A DNA stretch of 64,000 nucleotides from Candidatus Poribacteria bacterium (lineage in GTDB: Bacteria; Poribacteria; WGA-4E; WGA-3G): assembly GCA_965197475.1 (NCBI GenBank), contig CBDANF010000003.1, forward strand, positions 3,808,001 to 3,872,000. Reading direction: 5' to 3'. Each line of letters starts with the position of its first letter. Position 1 is the first letter of the stretch. The notes below the pieces were generated by a model. The model saw only the letters and a list, made by a program, of their open reading frames with translations. It did not search any database and was not told the origin of the DNA. The translations under genes were made by a program, and so were the position numbers. Positions 10,719 through 19,392 of this stretch are shown in pieces.

Positions 10719-11630
10719 ATGATATACAGCAAGTTTTATTTTCAGATTGCTCTTTTACTACTACTACTACCTATACTTGTAGGTGGATGTGGTTTAAGTA
10801 AGTTATCCAAAATTCAAGAGGAGAGTGACTTAGTGGTGGTGGAATCCACCCTTGAGAAAAACCTCAAGACACTTGAACGTTTATCAAAGTTAGGGAATAA
10901 GTCTTTAATTGTTAAGACTGCCCGCGCACATTCATCTTACAGCGGATTTCTTGAAGATAAGATGGAAGAAGCGGAGATAGAAGGTGACACTGAGACAGCG
11001 GAGAAGTTGCGTGCAGAAGCAATTAATCACTACGCGCGTTCTGAAATGTATGCGTTGAAGGCATTGGCAAAATCAGAAAAAGCCTTAAAAAATGCAAGAA
11101 CAGTTGATAAGGAAGTGTTTGAAAGTGCACTTATGAAACTGAAAAAGAAGGACGTGGAACCGCTATTTTGGGCAGCTTATGCTATTGCACGCGGTATTAG
11201 CCTGCAGAAAGATGACCCGATGCAAGTCATTGACCTTAGTCGGGTGGAACAGATGATGCGGCGTATACTTGAATTAGACGAAACCTTCTACTTCGGTAGC
11301 GCGCACTTGTTCTATGCTGTCTATTACGGCGACAGATCACCAGCAATCGGTGGTGATCCTGAGAAAGCAAAGGAACACATTGATAAGGTTGATGAGATTA
11401 ATAACGGCAAGTTCCTGATGAGTAAATTCTATCTGGCGCGATACTACGCTTATCCGAAACAGGATGTGGAACTTTACAAAAAATCACTACAGGAAATTAT
11501 TGATGCGCCATCGGACATGTATCCTGGACAGGAAGCCGCGACTTCGATAGCAAAGTCACGGGCGAAACGTTGGCTCTCTCAAACTGATGTACTTTTTGAT
11601 TTAGAAATGGAAGAAGGAGAAACTGAATAA
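10719..11630 (+). CDS. TRAP/TPAT transporter TatT component (lipoprotein)
   Basis: Lipobox LVGGC; LFWAA, LELDETFYFGSAH, GGDPEKAKEH motifs. Confidence 0.8.
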   Translation: MIYSKFYFQIALLLLLLPILVGGCGLSKLSKIQEESDLVVVESTLEKNLKTLERLSKLGNKSLIVKTARAHSSYSGFLEDKMEEAEIEGDTETAEKLRAEAINHYARSEMYALKALAKSEKALKNARTVDKEVFESALMKLKKKDVEPLFWAAYAIARGISLQKDDPMQVIDLSRVEQMMRRILELDETFYFGSAHLFYAVYYGDRSPAIGGDPEKAKEHIDKVDEINNGKFLMSKFYLARYYAYPKQDVELYKKSLQEIIDAPSDMYPGQEAATSIAKSRAKRWLSQTDVLFDLEMEEGETE

Positions 11631-12673
11631 TGTGCAACAAGAAAATCAACAAGAAAATCTACGCAGCTGGTTTGGCTGGTGTAATTCTATTAATTTTGGG
11701 GTTGTTCTGTTTACCAACATCTCTTTTTGCTGTTGAGTCTATTAAGTTCGCTACACTCGCACCTAAAGGGTCTACTTGGATGAACAATTTCAATGCGATG
11801 GCAAAAGAAATTCTCACAAAGACGGATGGTCAAATCAAATTCCGATTCTATGCGAACGGTATACAAGGGGATGAACTTGATGTTATTAGCAAAATGCGAA
11901 ATGGCCTCCTTCACTCTGGTGCTATGACAGCCAACGGACTTGGCGAAATACAGAAAGAGGTTCTCATTTTTCAACTGCCCCGAATGTTCAAAACTTACGA
12001 AGAGCTTGACTATGTTCGCAACTATCTTCGTGAAGATTTAGATAAAGCGTTTTTGGATAAAGGCTATGTTCTGATCGGGATGGGGGATATAGGTTATTAC
12101 TACATTTTCAGCAATCAACCGATTAGGACTATTGCCGATCTGCAGTCACCGAGTGTCAAGATGTGGGCACGAACAAGCGACAAGATTGCGCTTGAATTTT
12201 ATAAAAGAGCGAAGATCGCAACTGTTCCCAGAGAAGTTACACAGGTGCTTCAATCCCTCTATTCGGGGCATCTCAATGCGCTAACCGCATCACCTTATGT
12301 CACTGTGGCACTGCAATGGCACGATAAATTTAAATACATGACAGATCTCCCGGTAAGTGTTGGTGTTGGCGCAACTGTTATTACGAAGGAGAAATTTGAT
12401 CAACTTACGCCTGATCAACAAAAAGTTCTACGTGAAATCGGTGACAAATATCAGAACAAGATGATTCTGGAAATCCGGAGAGATAATGAAAAAGCGATTG
12501 AGGCACTGACACAGAAAGCTGGCATTAAGATAGTTAAGTTTGATGAGGCGGAGCGAGAGGCATGGGATGCCCTCGCTGTCGAAACTCACAAAGCACTTGT
12601 CGGGGAAATATACTCTCAAAAGTTTCTTGATAAGATTAACGCGCTTCTACAAGAGTATAGAGCAAAAAAATAG
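11630..12673 (+). CDS. dctP: TRAP substrate-binding protein DctP/TatP
   Basis: IKFATLAPKGSTW, GIQGDE, ALQW motifs; start overlaps the tatT stop (TAATG). Confidence 0.85.
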   Translation: MCNKKINKKIYAAGLAGVILLILGLFCLPTSLFAVESIKFATLAPKGSTWMNNFNAMAKEILTKTDGQIKFRFYANGIQGDELDVISKMRNGLLHSGAMTANGLGEIQKEVLIFQLPRMFKTYEELDYVRNYLREDLDKAFLDKGYVLIGMGDIGYYYIFSNQPIRTIADLQSPSVKMWARTSDKIALEFYKRAKIATVPREVTQVLQSLYSGHLNALTASPYVTVALQWHDKFKYMTDLPVSVGVGATVITKEKFDQLTPDQQKVLREIGDKYQNKMILEIRRDNEKAIEALTQKAGIKIVKFDEAEREAWDALAVETHKALVGEIYSQKFLDKINALLQEYRAKK

Positions 12674-12703
12674 AGGGCAGATAGCATTGTAAACGATTGG
12701 TTT

Positions 12704-12736
12704 AGTAGGCGGGTTTTTTGAACCCGTCTACTTTCT
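12704..12736. terminator. Probable bidirectional intrinsic terminator
   Basis: agtaggcgggtt-ttttg-aacccgtctact hairpin between convergent genes. Confidence 0.65.
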
Positions 12737-12745
12737 TATTTTGTC

Positions 12746-15700
12746 TCACTGTTGAATTCCAACTTTCTCAAACATTAAATCCAAATATGATTTCTCATCG
12801 TTGAAAAGCCGACTGGTTGAACCATCTTCCTTTTTGTCGTGCCAGTCCAATCGGAGAACGTTATAGGACAGCATATTCTCTTCAATCCATTCAACGGATT
12901 TTTCTTTTCCTAACCCCGAACTGTCTCGCAGTAATAGAAATGAATCGAGACAAAATGCTCCATCTTGTTTAACCTTTAATTGCTTTTCAAGGGTGACAAG
13001 CGTTTTGTCCTCTGATTTTTGCGCGAGTTTTACCTTTGGATGGTCCTTATAATCAAGAGTCGTATCGTCAATGATGCCTCGTTGTCCTTTTGGATCAATA
13101 AAAAGAATATGTGTTATATTCTGCCCAATATCAAGCACCCATAGCACAAAATCGGGATAAAAACTTCCTGCATCACTCTCCAAATAGATGCCGATCTTCT
13201 GCACATTCCGCATTAGATAGAATTCATATCTTTCATTCCGCAAATAGTTTAACTTGATATACTCTGTCAGATTTTCAACAAATTTTTTTTCACCTGCATT
13301 CAGTCTATCCGGTGATAATTGAATATCGCGATGCCCGTTTTCCACTTCATTTTGAGGGCGCATCAAAGGTTCATAAATGTGCCGATGTCCTCGGAGCAAA
13401 GACAACTGTAATTTACTTTTGATTTGTGAGTGTGGATTTTCTTCAAGAGGGTTTAATTCTGCGTTTTCAACCTTCTTTAGAAAAGCGTCCAATTTACCTT
13501 GCGTCGAAAATTCTTTCGTGACAGTATACTCGTAGATAAAATTATCCCTATCTAACGGTTCATAAACATAGTTTACACGATTGATATGAGCGTTTATACG
13601 GTTCTGCAGTTTACGAGTGACGTCAATTACGATTTGGCGATTGAGTCGATCTGTCCACGCAATTGGGTCTGGTACCTGTTCCCGATAACGAATTTCCTCA
13701 ACGAGTGATAAGAAATCAATGATAGTAGGCTTACAATTTTCCCTGCCAAAAAGTTGCAGATGGTTTTTTTTCGCCTCACGGTGAATAACGGTGGCAAGCT
13801 TTGCCCTATTCAGATAACAAAAATACTTTTCATTATTTTGATGCAAGTTTTCGTACACATTCAGTGCATTTTTCTCTTTATCCGTTCGGTAATCTAACGC
13901 TAATTTTCGCCATTTTTTGATAGTACCAGATTTTTCAGTGCCATCATCAAAATAGGTATAATGGATTTCTGCTCCGTTGAGAACAACCCGCTTGATACCA
14001 CTACCTGCTGTGTCACCCTGCTTAAAGATGGGCAATTTGTGGCAATAGTTCTCAAAGTTAACTGATGTATTACCATCCACTTTAAAAACCATTGGATTTA
14101 CGGGAATCTTGAAGACGTGTTGAAGCGAAACACCGCCAGCGTGAACTTCATTAATAAAGTGTTCAAGGTAACTTCGCCGCAAACTAAAAACGGTTAACGT
14201 TTCCAATCTACGGATAGCAGATTCCTTATCACTGCTGAGTAAGTAGTAATTAGACTTGTGATCGAAGTGCCGCCGTTTGCCATTGCCGCCTTTCCCACGT
14301 AACCGAACACCGCGCCCAAAAATCTGTATAATGAGGTTGCCTTTGGAGCTTCCCAAGTTAATCAGATCAATTACGGAGAGGCGGTAGGAGTTCCAACCTT
14401 CTGCAAACTTACGACTTCCAATCAGGACATTTATTGGACTGGATTCGTTATCAAGATTTTCAAAGTGGAGATTTGGATTTTCAATTGCCTCATCACGTGT
14501 TTCAATACGGTTATTGACAATGCTGTTGTAAAAACTCGCAGCATCCCCAACGTTAATCATACCCCACTTTTCACCATCGCCATAAGATAAAAGTAATTCG
14601 CTACTGTTTTCTGGATTGCGTGCTACGACAAGTGGACCGATAATATCATCTCTAAAAATGGTTCTAAAACTTTGGCGTTCTTCCTGACTCAGCGCAGCAA
14701 GATAATCCAATACCTTTTGAATGTCAGAGACTTCGTCGCCTTCACCTTCCTCTTTCGGATTTTCGACTGTATGTCCCATAAACGCCATCAAAGGACGATG
14801 TACAGTCAAGTCATTATCATAATCTTCGTCATTTTGGATTCTTTTGAATGTTCGTAACTTTTCCTCCATCACCCTGAGACATTCATCCAAATTGTCTTTA
14901 ATTTCTTCATCAGATTCGGTAGCGACTGCATCCGCAGTGATCGGTTTGAAAAAGTGGTCCTTGCCATAACCATCACCATAAAATCGGGCATAATCGTAGC
15001 GATAGATGATTGCGTTATCGTATTCATCTTTTAATTCTTTGGCGACGTTGTGAAAGGTGGCAGAATATTCAAATAGGAAGGAAGCACCTACATTGAGACG
15101 GCTCCGTAATTCCCTGAATTTTCCTGATTCCTGACTGGTCAAGCCGATGTGTGCTTCGTCTACTAAAATGAGTCGGCGAATTTCTCCGTCATCTGGCAAG
15201 CGGAAATAATCTTCATCCTTCTGCAAAAGCCCTTGTGTCGTATCAATTGTGAGCTCAATTCGGTTATTATAGGTTTCATTGAGTTTGCGTACGTAGGGTT
15301 CTAACTCACGTTCATGTTGTTTAATTAGATTTGCCAAAGGGGTTGTCAGATAGATTTGGAATCGGAAATTATCTTTTTCACAGAAATGGTGCAAATACTG
15401 GAGGATATTGAGATGCATAACGAGGGTTTTGCCGCTCCCTGTTGCCATCCAATACGCCAGCATCCGCTGCTCCTCCTCCTGTCCACTGTTCAGTTCATGT
15501 CCTGCAGATTGTTTGCGGTCAACAAAGAATTGATCAGTGAAAAGCAGTGCCAATACCTGATAATAGCGGAGTTCAAAATTATTTTTTGTCAGATAGTTGT
15601 ATTCGTTAAGGAAATCCTGAATCCGTTCCAAAGGTTCAACGGGCAGTTGTAACGCCTGATTCGGGTCGTACAACTCAATCTCCCGCTTTGTTCCATCATT

Positions 15701-15760
15701 TCGGATGTCAATTCCTTTTTCGGTTAAGATTTTTGCTTCGTATTCTTGATATAGTGCCAT
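12746..15760 (-). CDS. res: Type III restriction endonuclease subunit
   Basis: MATGSGKT Walker A, DEAH, YSATF, QIFGRGVRL, C-terminal PD-(D/E)xK (FYPDF...IDPKG); start probably ATG at 15760. Confidence 0.9.
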   Translation of the reverse strand: MALYQEYEAKILTEKGIDIRNDGTKREIELYDPNQALQLPVEPLERIQDFLNEYNYLTKNNFELRYYQVLALLFTDQFFVDRKQSAGHELNSGQEEEQRMLAYWMATGSGKTLVMHLNILQYLHHFCEKDNFRFQIYLTTPLANLIKQHERELEPYVRKLNETYNNRIELTIDTTQGLLQKDEDYFRLPDDGEIRRLILVDEAHIGLTSQESGKFRELRSRLNVGASFLFEYSATFHNVAKELKDEYDNAIIYRYDYARFYGDGYGKDHFFKPITADAVATESDEEIKDNLDECLRVMEEKLRTFKRIQNDEDYDNDLTVHRPLMAFMGHTVENPKEEGEGDEVSDIQKVLDYLAALSQEERQSFRTIFRDDIIGPLVVARNPENSSELLLSYGDGEKWGMINVGDAASFYNSIVNNRIETRDEAIENPNLHFENLDNESSPINVLIGSRKFAEGWNSYRLSVIDLINLGSSKGNLIIQIFGRGVRLRGKGGNGKRRHFDHKSNYYLLSSDKESAIRRLETLTVFSLRRSYLEHFINEVHAGGVSLQHVFKIPVNPMVFKVDGNTSVNFENYCHKLPIFKQGDTAGSGIKRVVLNGAEIHYTYFDDGTEKSGTIKKWRKLALDYRTDKEKNALNVYENLHQNNEKYFCYLNRAKLATVIHREAKKNHLQLFGRENCKPTIIDFLSLVEEIRYREQVPDPIAWTDRLNRQIVIDVTRKLQNRINAHINRVNYVYEPLDRDNFIYEYTVTKEFSTQGKLDAFLKKVENAELNPLEENPHSQIKSKLQLSLLRGHRHIYEPLMRPQNEVENGHRDIQLSPDRLNAGEKKFVENLTEYIKLNYLRNERYEFYLMRNVQKIGIYLESDAGSFYPDFVLWVLDIGQNITHILFIDPKGQRGIIDDTTLDYKDHPKVKLAQKSEDKTLVTLEKQLKVKQDGAFCLDSFLLLRDSSGLGKEKSVEWIEENMLSYNVLRLDWHDKKEDGSTSRLFNDEKSYLDLMFEKVGIQQ

Positions 15761-15794
15761 GGGTTTACTGAAGATGTTAAGGTTAAATACTCGT

Positions 15795-16825
15795 TCAGGA
15801 TGCACCATCAAGGTCTGCATCCGGTAAATCACGACACTCTTTCAGGTGAGAACTTTCAGCCATATTTAGGGTAAAAAAATTTTGCCGAAATCCACCATTT
15901 TGCTTAAAGAGATCAAAACCTCGATCGACTCTGATAACAGCGTGTTGTGTTTCTAAATATCTTGCATGGAAAATACTGTTGGATCGTCCTTTACAGACAA
16001 CTTTATCTGCCACCAACGAGGGAATTGTTCTTTTAACGGATCCATGAGATGTCGGATAATTTTTCGGTGATTTTCCTGATTCCGTTTCAACTTACTTTCT
16101 CTGGCGTGATCTGTCTCGTCGTCCCGAATCCGATCAGCACTACAGGTAAATATTTCCACGGTTCCAATACCTTGCTCAGCTGCAAAAAAACCGTGTTCAT
16201 GCCATAGCGATAAAATATACTCAATACCCTTTCGGAAACGACTCGTATTTTCTCCGGACCCAATATATGCGTCGTAAAACCGTAGCCATTTGGTGAAACG
16301 GACCGAACGGATAATGATATCTTCTATTTCCGATTTTGAGAGTTCGTCTATAGGTCCTACTTGGTTCTCATATCGCTGGCGGTCTTTCTCAAAATCGCTA
16401 TCACGATATTCTGATAACGGAACAATGCCCTCATTAAACCTTCGGTCAGATTTTAGCGTTTCTAGGCTTTCCTTTCCAACAACTAAAGCATCCGCTTTGG
16501 TATCTGTTTTCAGGTGATATGCTAAATCTGAAAGACTTGCCGATGATGTATCATTTGGGGAGATAAAACATGCAATGACTCGTTTTGATTTCTTTTTCAG
16601 GAGGAGCTCTTGAATTAAAAATCGCAATCGCTGCTGCGGCTTGATTGGCAGAGATACAACTTGTTTAACGAGAGCATCTCGCAGCTTGTTTTTCGAATCA
16701 ACAATCAACAGTCCGTTTCTTTGGATACCCTTTAAGAGATCTACCGTTTGAATCGTGTAAAGTTCGTCAAAATACGCCACATCAAACGCAGAAGGATCAA
16801 CGACTGCACTTACCAGCATGGACAC
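15795..16825 (-). pseudogene. Putative nuclease with PIN-like N-terminus and MIT_C/PLD-like C-terminus; single frameshift near 15980
   Basis: ORF 15953-16825 continues in ORF 15795-16016 (...DDP/NSIFHARYLETQHAVIRVDRGFDLF); FYDAYI + HARY + DRGFD resemble the MIT_C DPYI/HDR/GRGLD motifs. Confidence 0.6.
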
Positions 16826-16836
16826 AACTCCTTCTG

Positions 16837-18489
16837 TTATCTCAATTCCCGAAGACGTTCCAGGAAAAACCCACTAGGCCACTCATCAATAAAATCACCC
16901 TCATCATCAAGACGCAAACGTTCTGCTTTTGCCCCTTCAGGTCCACGACTCACATAGATAACCGAGACATCCTCTGGCTTAATCTCCCTTTTATAGACTA
17001 AGCGTTGCAAACGTAAAATCAGATGCTCACTATGGGTTTCAACAATAAATTGATTTTGGCGCGGTTCTTTAATGCATTCCGCTAACAGGTCACCCAGGTC
17101 CGCTTGCAACTTCGGATGCACATGGACTTCGGGTTGTTCAATGGAGATAATTTGTTTTTCCGATAACAAACTCTGAACGATAAACGGAAGTAGTTGACTG
17201 ATTCCGTAACCGACATCTGGGAGTCCAACATTTACGTGTTCTTTTCGGCGTGTATCTATAAGTCTCACCTCAAAAAGATCACCTGAATTTTCTCTTACTG
17301 ATTTCACATCTAACTCGTACCCCATGTCAAGACGTTTTAGCCATGTGTCTGTTTCTTTTACCAGTTCAGGTCTACGGAAGAGTAAATCTGGTAGCAAGTC
17401 GCCTTGGTATCCGACATCCTCAGGACCGGTGCCTGAAAAGATGTACCATCTTTGCGGGGGGCACCGAAAAGGACTCATCGGGAAAAGATAATCTAAAGTT
17501 TGTTCCAATGCGCGGCCTGCTGCTATAGCAAGTTCACCAACATCAAAAATTTCTGTATTATCGGATTGACGATGGAATAACGAGCGGAATCCTGTTATCC
17601 AATGGTTTCTTTTAATAGACATAATTCTACTTGGTAGGAAACCCTGCAACATTAGAGCCGTGTTTATCTCTTCGTTGTGTCTCTTGGAAATGTAGGTTTC
17701 TAAGTCAAAATCTGATGAGAACAGTTTGAGATTAACACTTAAGTACTCAATCTCTTTCATATACCGTTTTTCAGATTCCTGAAATACCTCGCCAGCCAAT
17801 CTCTGGCTGTTCTTATTTTTTTCTCGCGCTCTCTCATGTGATTCTTTTGAATGTGCCTCATCTACCCTGAGCCGATTAAGTATTTCCTCTTTATTATTTT
17901 TACACCACTCAAACTCATATTTCCAGTACTTTATGGACTTTGTTAACCAAATACAATCTACCAAAGGTAATTTTGAAAGGGTAAAACTAAGCAAAGATGG
18001 ATCCGGAAAAAATCCCATTCTTTCCCAAAATTCCTCAGGTTCTTCAGATGTTTCCAATGAACGAAATTTGGCGATACATTCAGCGGATTCGCCATCGTAA
18101 ATTCCAATTTGATCCAAAAGGATTTCCTCCTCAAGCGAAGGTCTCTTGAAATCAAATTCAATTGCTATTTTACCGCTTTCTGATGGTAACCAAGACGAAT
18201 CCTTTTCATTCATTGTTGTTTCAACGCGAATTGAAAGTGTCCGATCCAGATCGTGATCAAATAGCATTTCCTGGAAACTACCGAGATCTACAATCCCATT
18301 TTCAGTTCGCGGAAGTAGTAAAGCTCCTGACTCTCTGCTTTCTATTGTCTGCTTGAGGAGATAGAGTGCATGCAAGATTGAACTCTTTCCGGCACTATTT
18401 TCCCCGAAAATGAGCGTTATCGGTGCAAACGGAATACGTGCACGTTTTCCAAATGCTTTAAAATTTTCTAATTCCAGTGCATGAAGCAT
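16837..18489 (-). CDS. ABC-type (AAA_15/AAA_21) ATPase with C-terminal DUF3696
   Basis: LENFKAF, GENSAGKS, DVGYGISQ, IEQPEVHVHP, VETHSEH, LDDEGDFIDEWPSGFF. Confidence 0.85.
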   Translation of the reverse strand: MLHALELENFKAFGKRARIPFAPITLIFGENSAGKSSILHALYLLKQTIESRESGALLLPRTENGIVDLGSFQEMLFDHDLDRTLSIRVETTMNEKDSSWLPSESGKIAIEFDFKRPSLEEEILLDQIGIYDGESAECIAKFRSLETSEEPEEFWERMGFFPDPSLLSFTLSKLPLVDCIWLTKSIKYWKYEFEWCKNNKEEILNRLRVDEAHSKESHERAREKNKNSQRLAGEVFQESEKRYMKEIEYLSVNLKLFSSDFDLETYISKRHNEEINTALMLQGFLPSRIMSIKRNHWITGFRSLFHRQSDNTEIFDVGELAIAAGRALEQTLDYLFPMSPFRCPPQRWYIFSGTGPEDVGYQGDLLPDLLFRRPELVKETDTWLKRLDMGYELDVKSVRENSGDLFEVRLIDTRRKEHVNVGLPDVGYGISQLLPFIVQSLLSEKQIISIEQPEVHVHPKLQADLGDLLAECIKEPRQNQFIVETHSEHLILRLQRLVYKREIKPEDVSVIYVSRGPEGAKAERLRLDDEGDFIDEWPSGFFLERLRELR

Positions 18490-18573
18490 TAGTTTTCTCC
18501 TACATCACGGGGAATTTTCCTGGCATCAATAAGAAACTGAATTGCGTCTGTCCAATGTGTCGTAAAAATGTCT

Positions 18574-18981
18574 TTATGCTTTGTGTTTACCAGCGTTCTG
18601 CTGCAAAGATTCAACTTCATCAAAATGCGAGTCTCGTGTAACGAGAATTAATCCATGCTGAATAGCAATCGCTGCAATCCAGATATCATTATCCGGTATG
18701 AGGCTACCTTTCCGCCGCAACTGATCTTTTATATTTCCGTACCATCGCGCGGTTTCTAAATCGCAAGAGAAAAGTGGAAATCATTGTGTGAGACGGTTAA
18801 CTTTCGCGAAATTTTCTGTAGGCCTACTCGATTTACGCGCACCATAGCAAAGTTCACCAACAACGGGTGAAGCCAAGAACATTTTATCTATATTTTGCAT
18901 TTTCTCTTGGATCGCCTTGTCACCGGTAAACATTCCGATAACGATGTTGGTATCTAAAAGGTACTTACCATTCTGACGCAT
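18574..18981 (-). pseudogene. vapC: VapC PIN toxin with in-frame TGA
   Basis: YLLDTN...GEL.YGA; TGA at 18781-18783; same frame continues FPLFSCD...IPDNDIWIAAIAIQHGLILVTRDSHF. Confidence 0.8.
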
Positions 18982-19195
18982 CGACCTGTCCACAGTCCTC
19001 CTCAATCGCTTGCTTTATTTCTTCCAAGTCTTCAGGTGGGAACAACCCAACAAATTTAAGCAGTTCTTTACCAGATATTCCTTTTGGGGATTCTCCGGAC
19101 AACTCTAGCGTGAAGTCTAAGACCTGTCTCTGTTGCCCGGGCGAAAGCGTTTCTAATCGCTGGACAATCTCTCGGATAGTGGTTGATTTTTCCAT
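18965..19195 (-). CDS. VapB-type antitoxin (DUF2281-like)
   Basis: 76 aa, LSPGQQRQVLDF, acidic C-terminus overlapping the vapC start. Confidence 0.7.
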   Translation of the reverse strand: MEKSTTIREIVQRLETLSPGQQRQVLDFTLELSGESPKGISGKELLKFVGLFPPEDLEEIKQAIEEDCGQVDASEW

Positions 19196-19300
19196 TGTAT
19201 TTTCTCCCTTGAGTCGTATTACGGCAGGGGTTTTGCATCTAACGAACTTCTCGTAGCAAGTTTATCATAAACTGTATCAAAAATCAATGTTTTTTATTGC

Positions 19301-19392
19301 TAAATCTCAACAGTATCCCACACCGTCGTCTTGTGCGGTTAGGAAACCGCACCTACCAGGACACGTTTAAATCTCAACAGTATCCCACACCG
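19301..19392. repeat. 25-bp direct repeat of the mod 3' end flanking a REP-like palindrome
   Basis: taaatctcaacagtatcccacaccg at 19301-19325 and 19368-19392; gtgcggttaggaaaccgcac at 19333-19352. Confidence 0.85.

Noticed and set aside
15761-15832. N-terminal extension of Res in the ORF track
   Set aside because: Overlaps the repaired C-terminus of the upstream gene; ATG 15760 is the more plausible start
18781-18783. TGA in vapC as selenocysteine or recoding
   Set aside because: Not a Cys/catalytic position, no evident SECIS hairpin, and TGA is a normal stop elsewhere in the window
19301-19392. Mini-CRISPR (25-bp repeat, 42-bp spacer)
   Set aside because: The repeat is the mod coding 3' end and the spacer is a multi-copy REP palindrome
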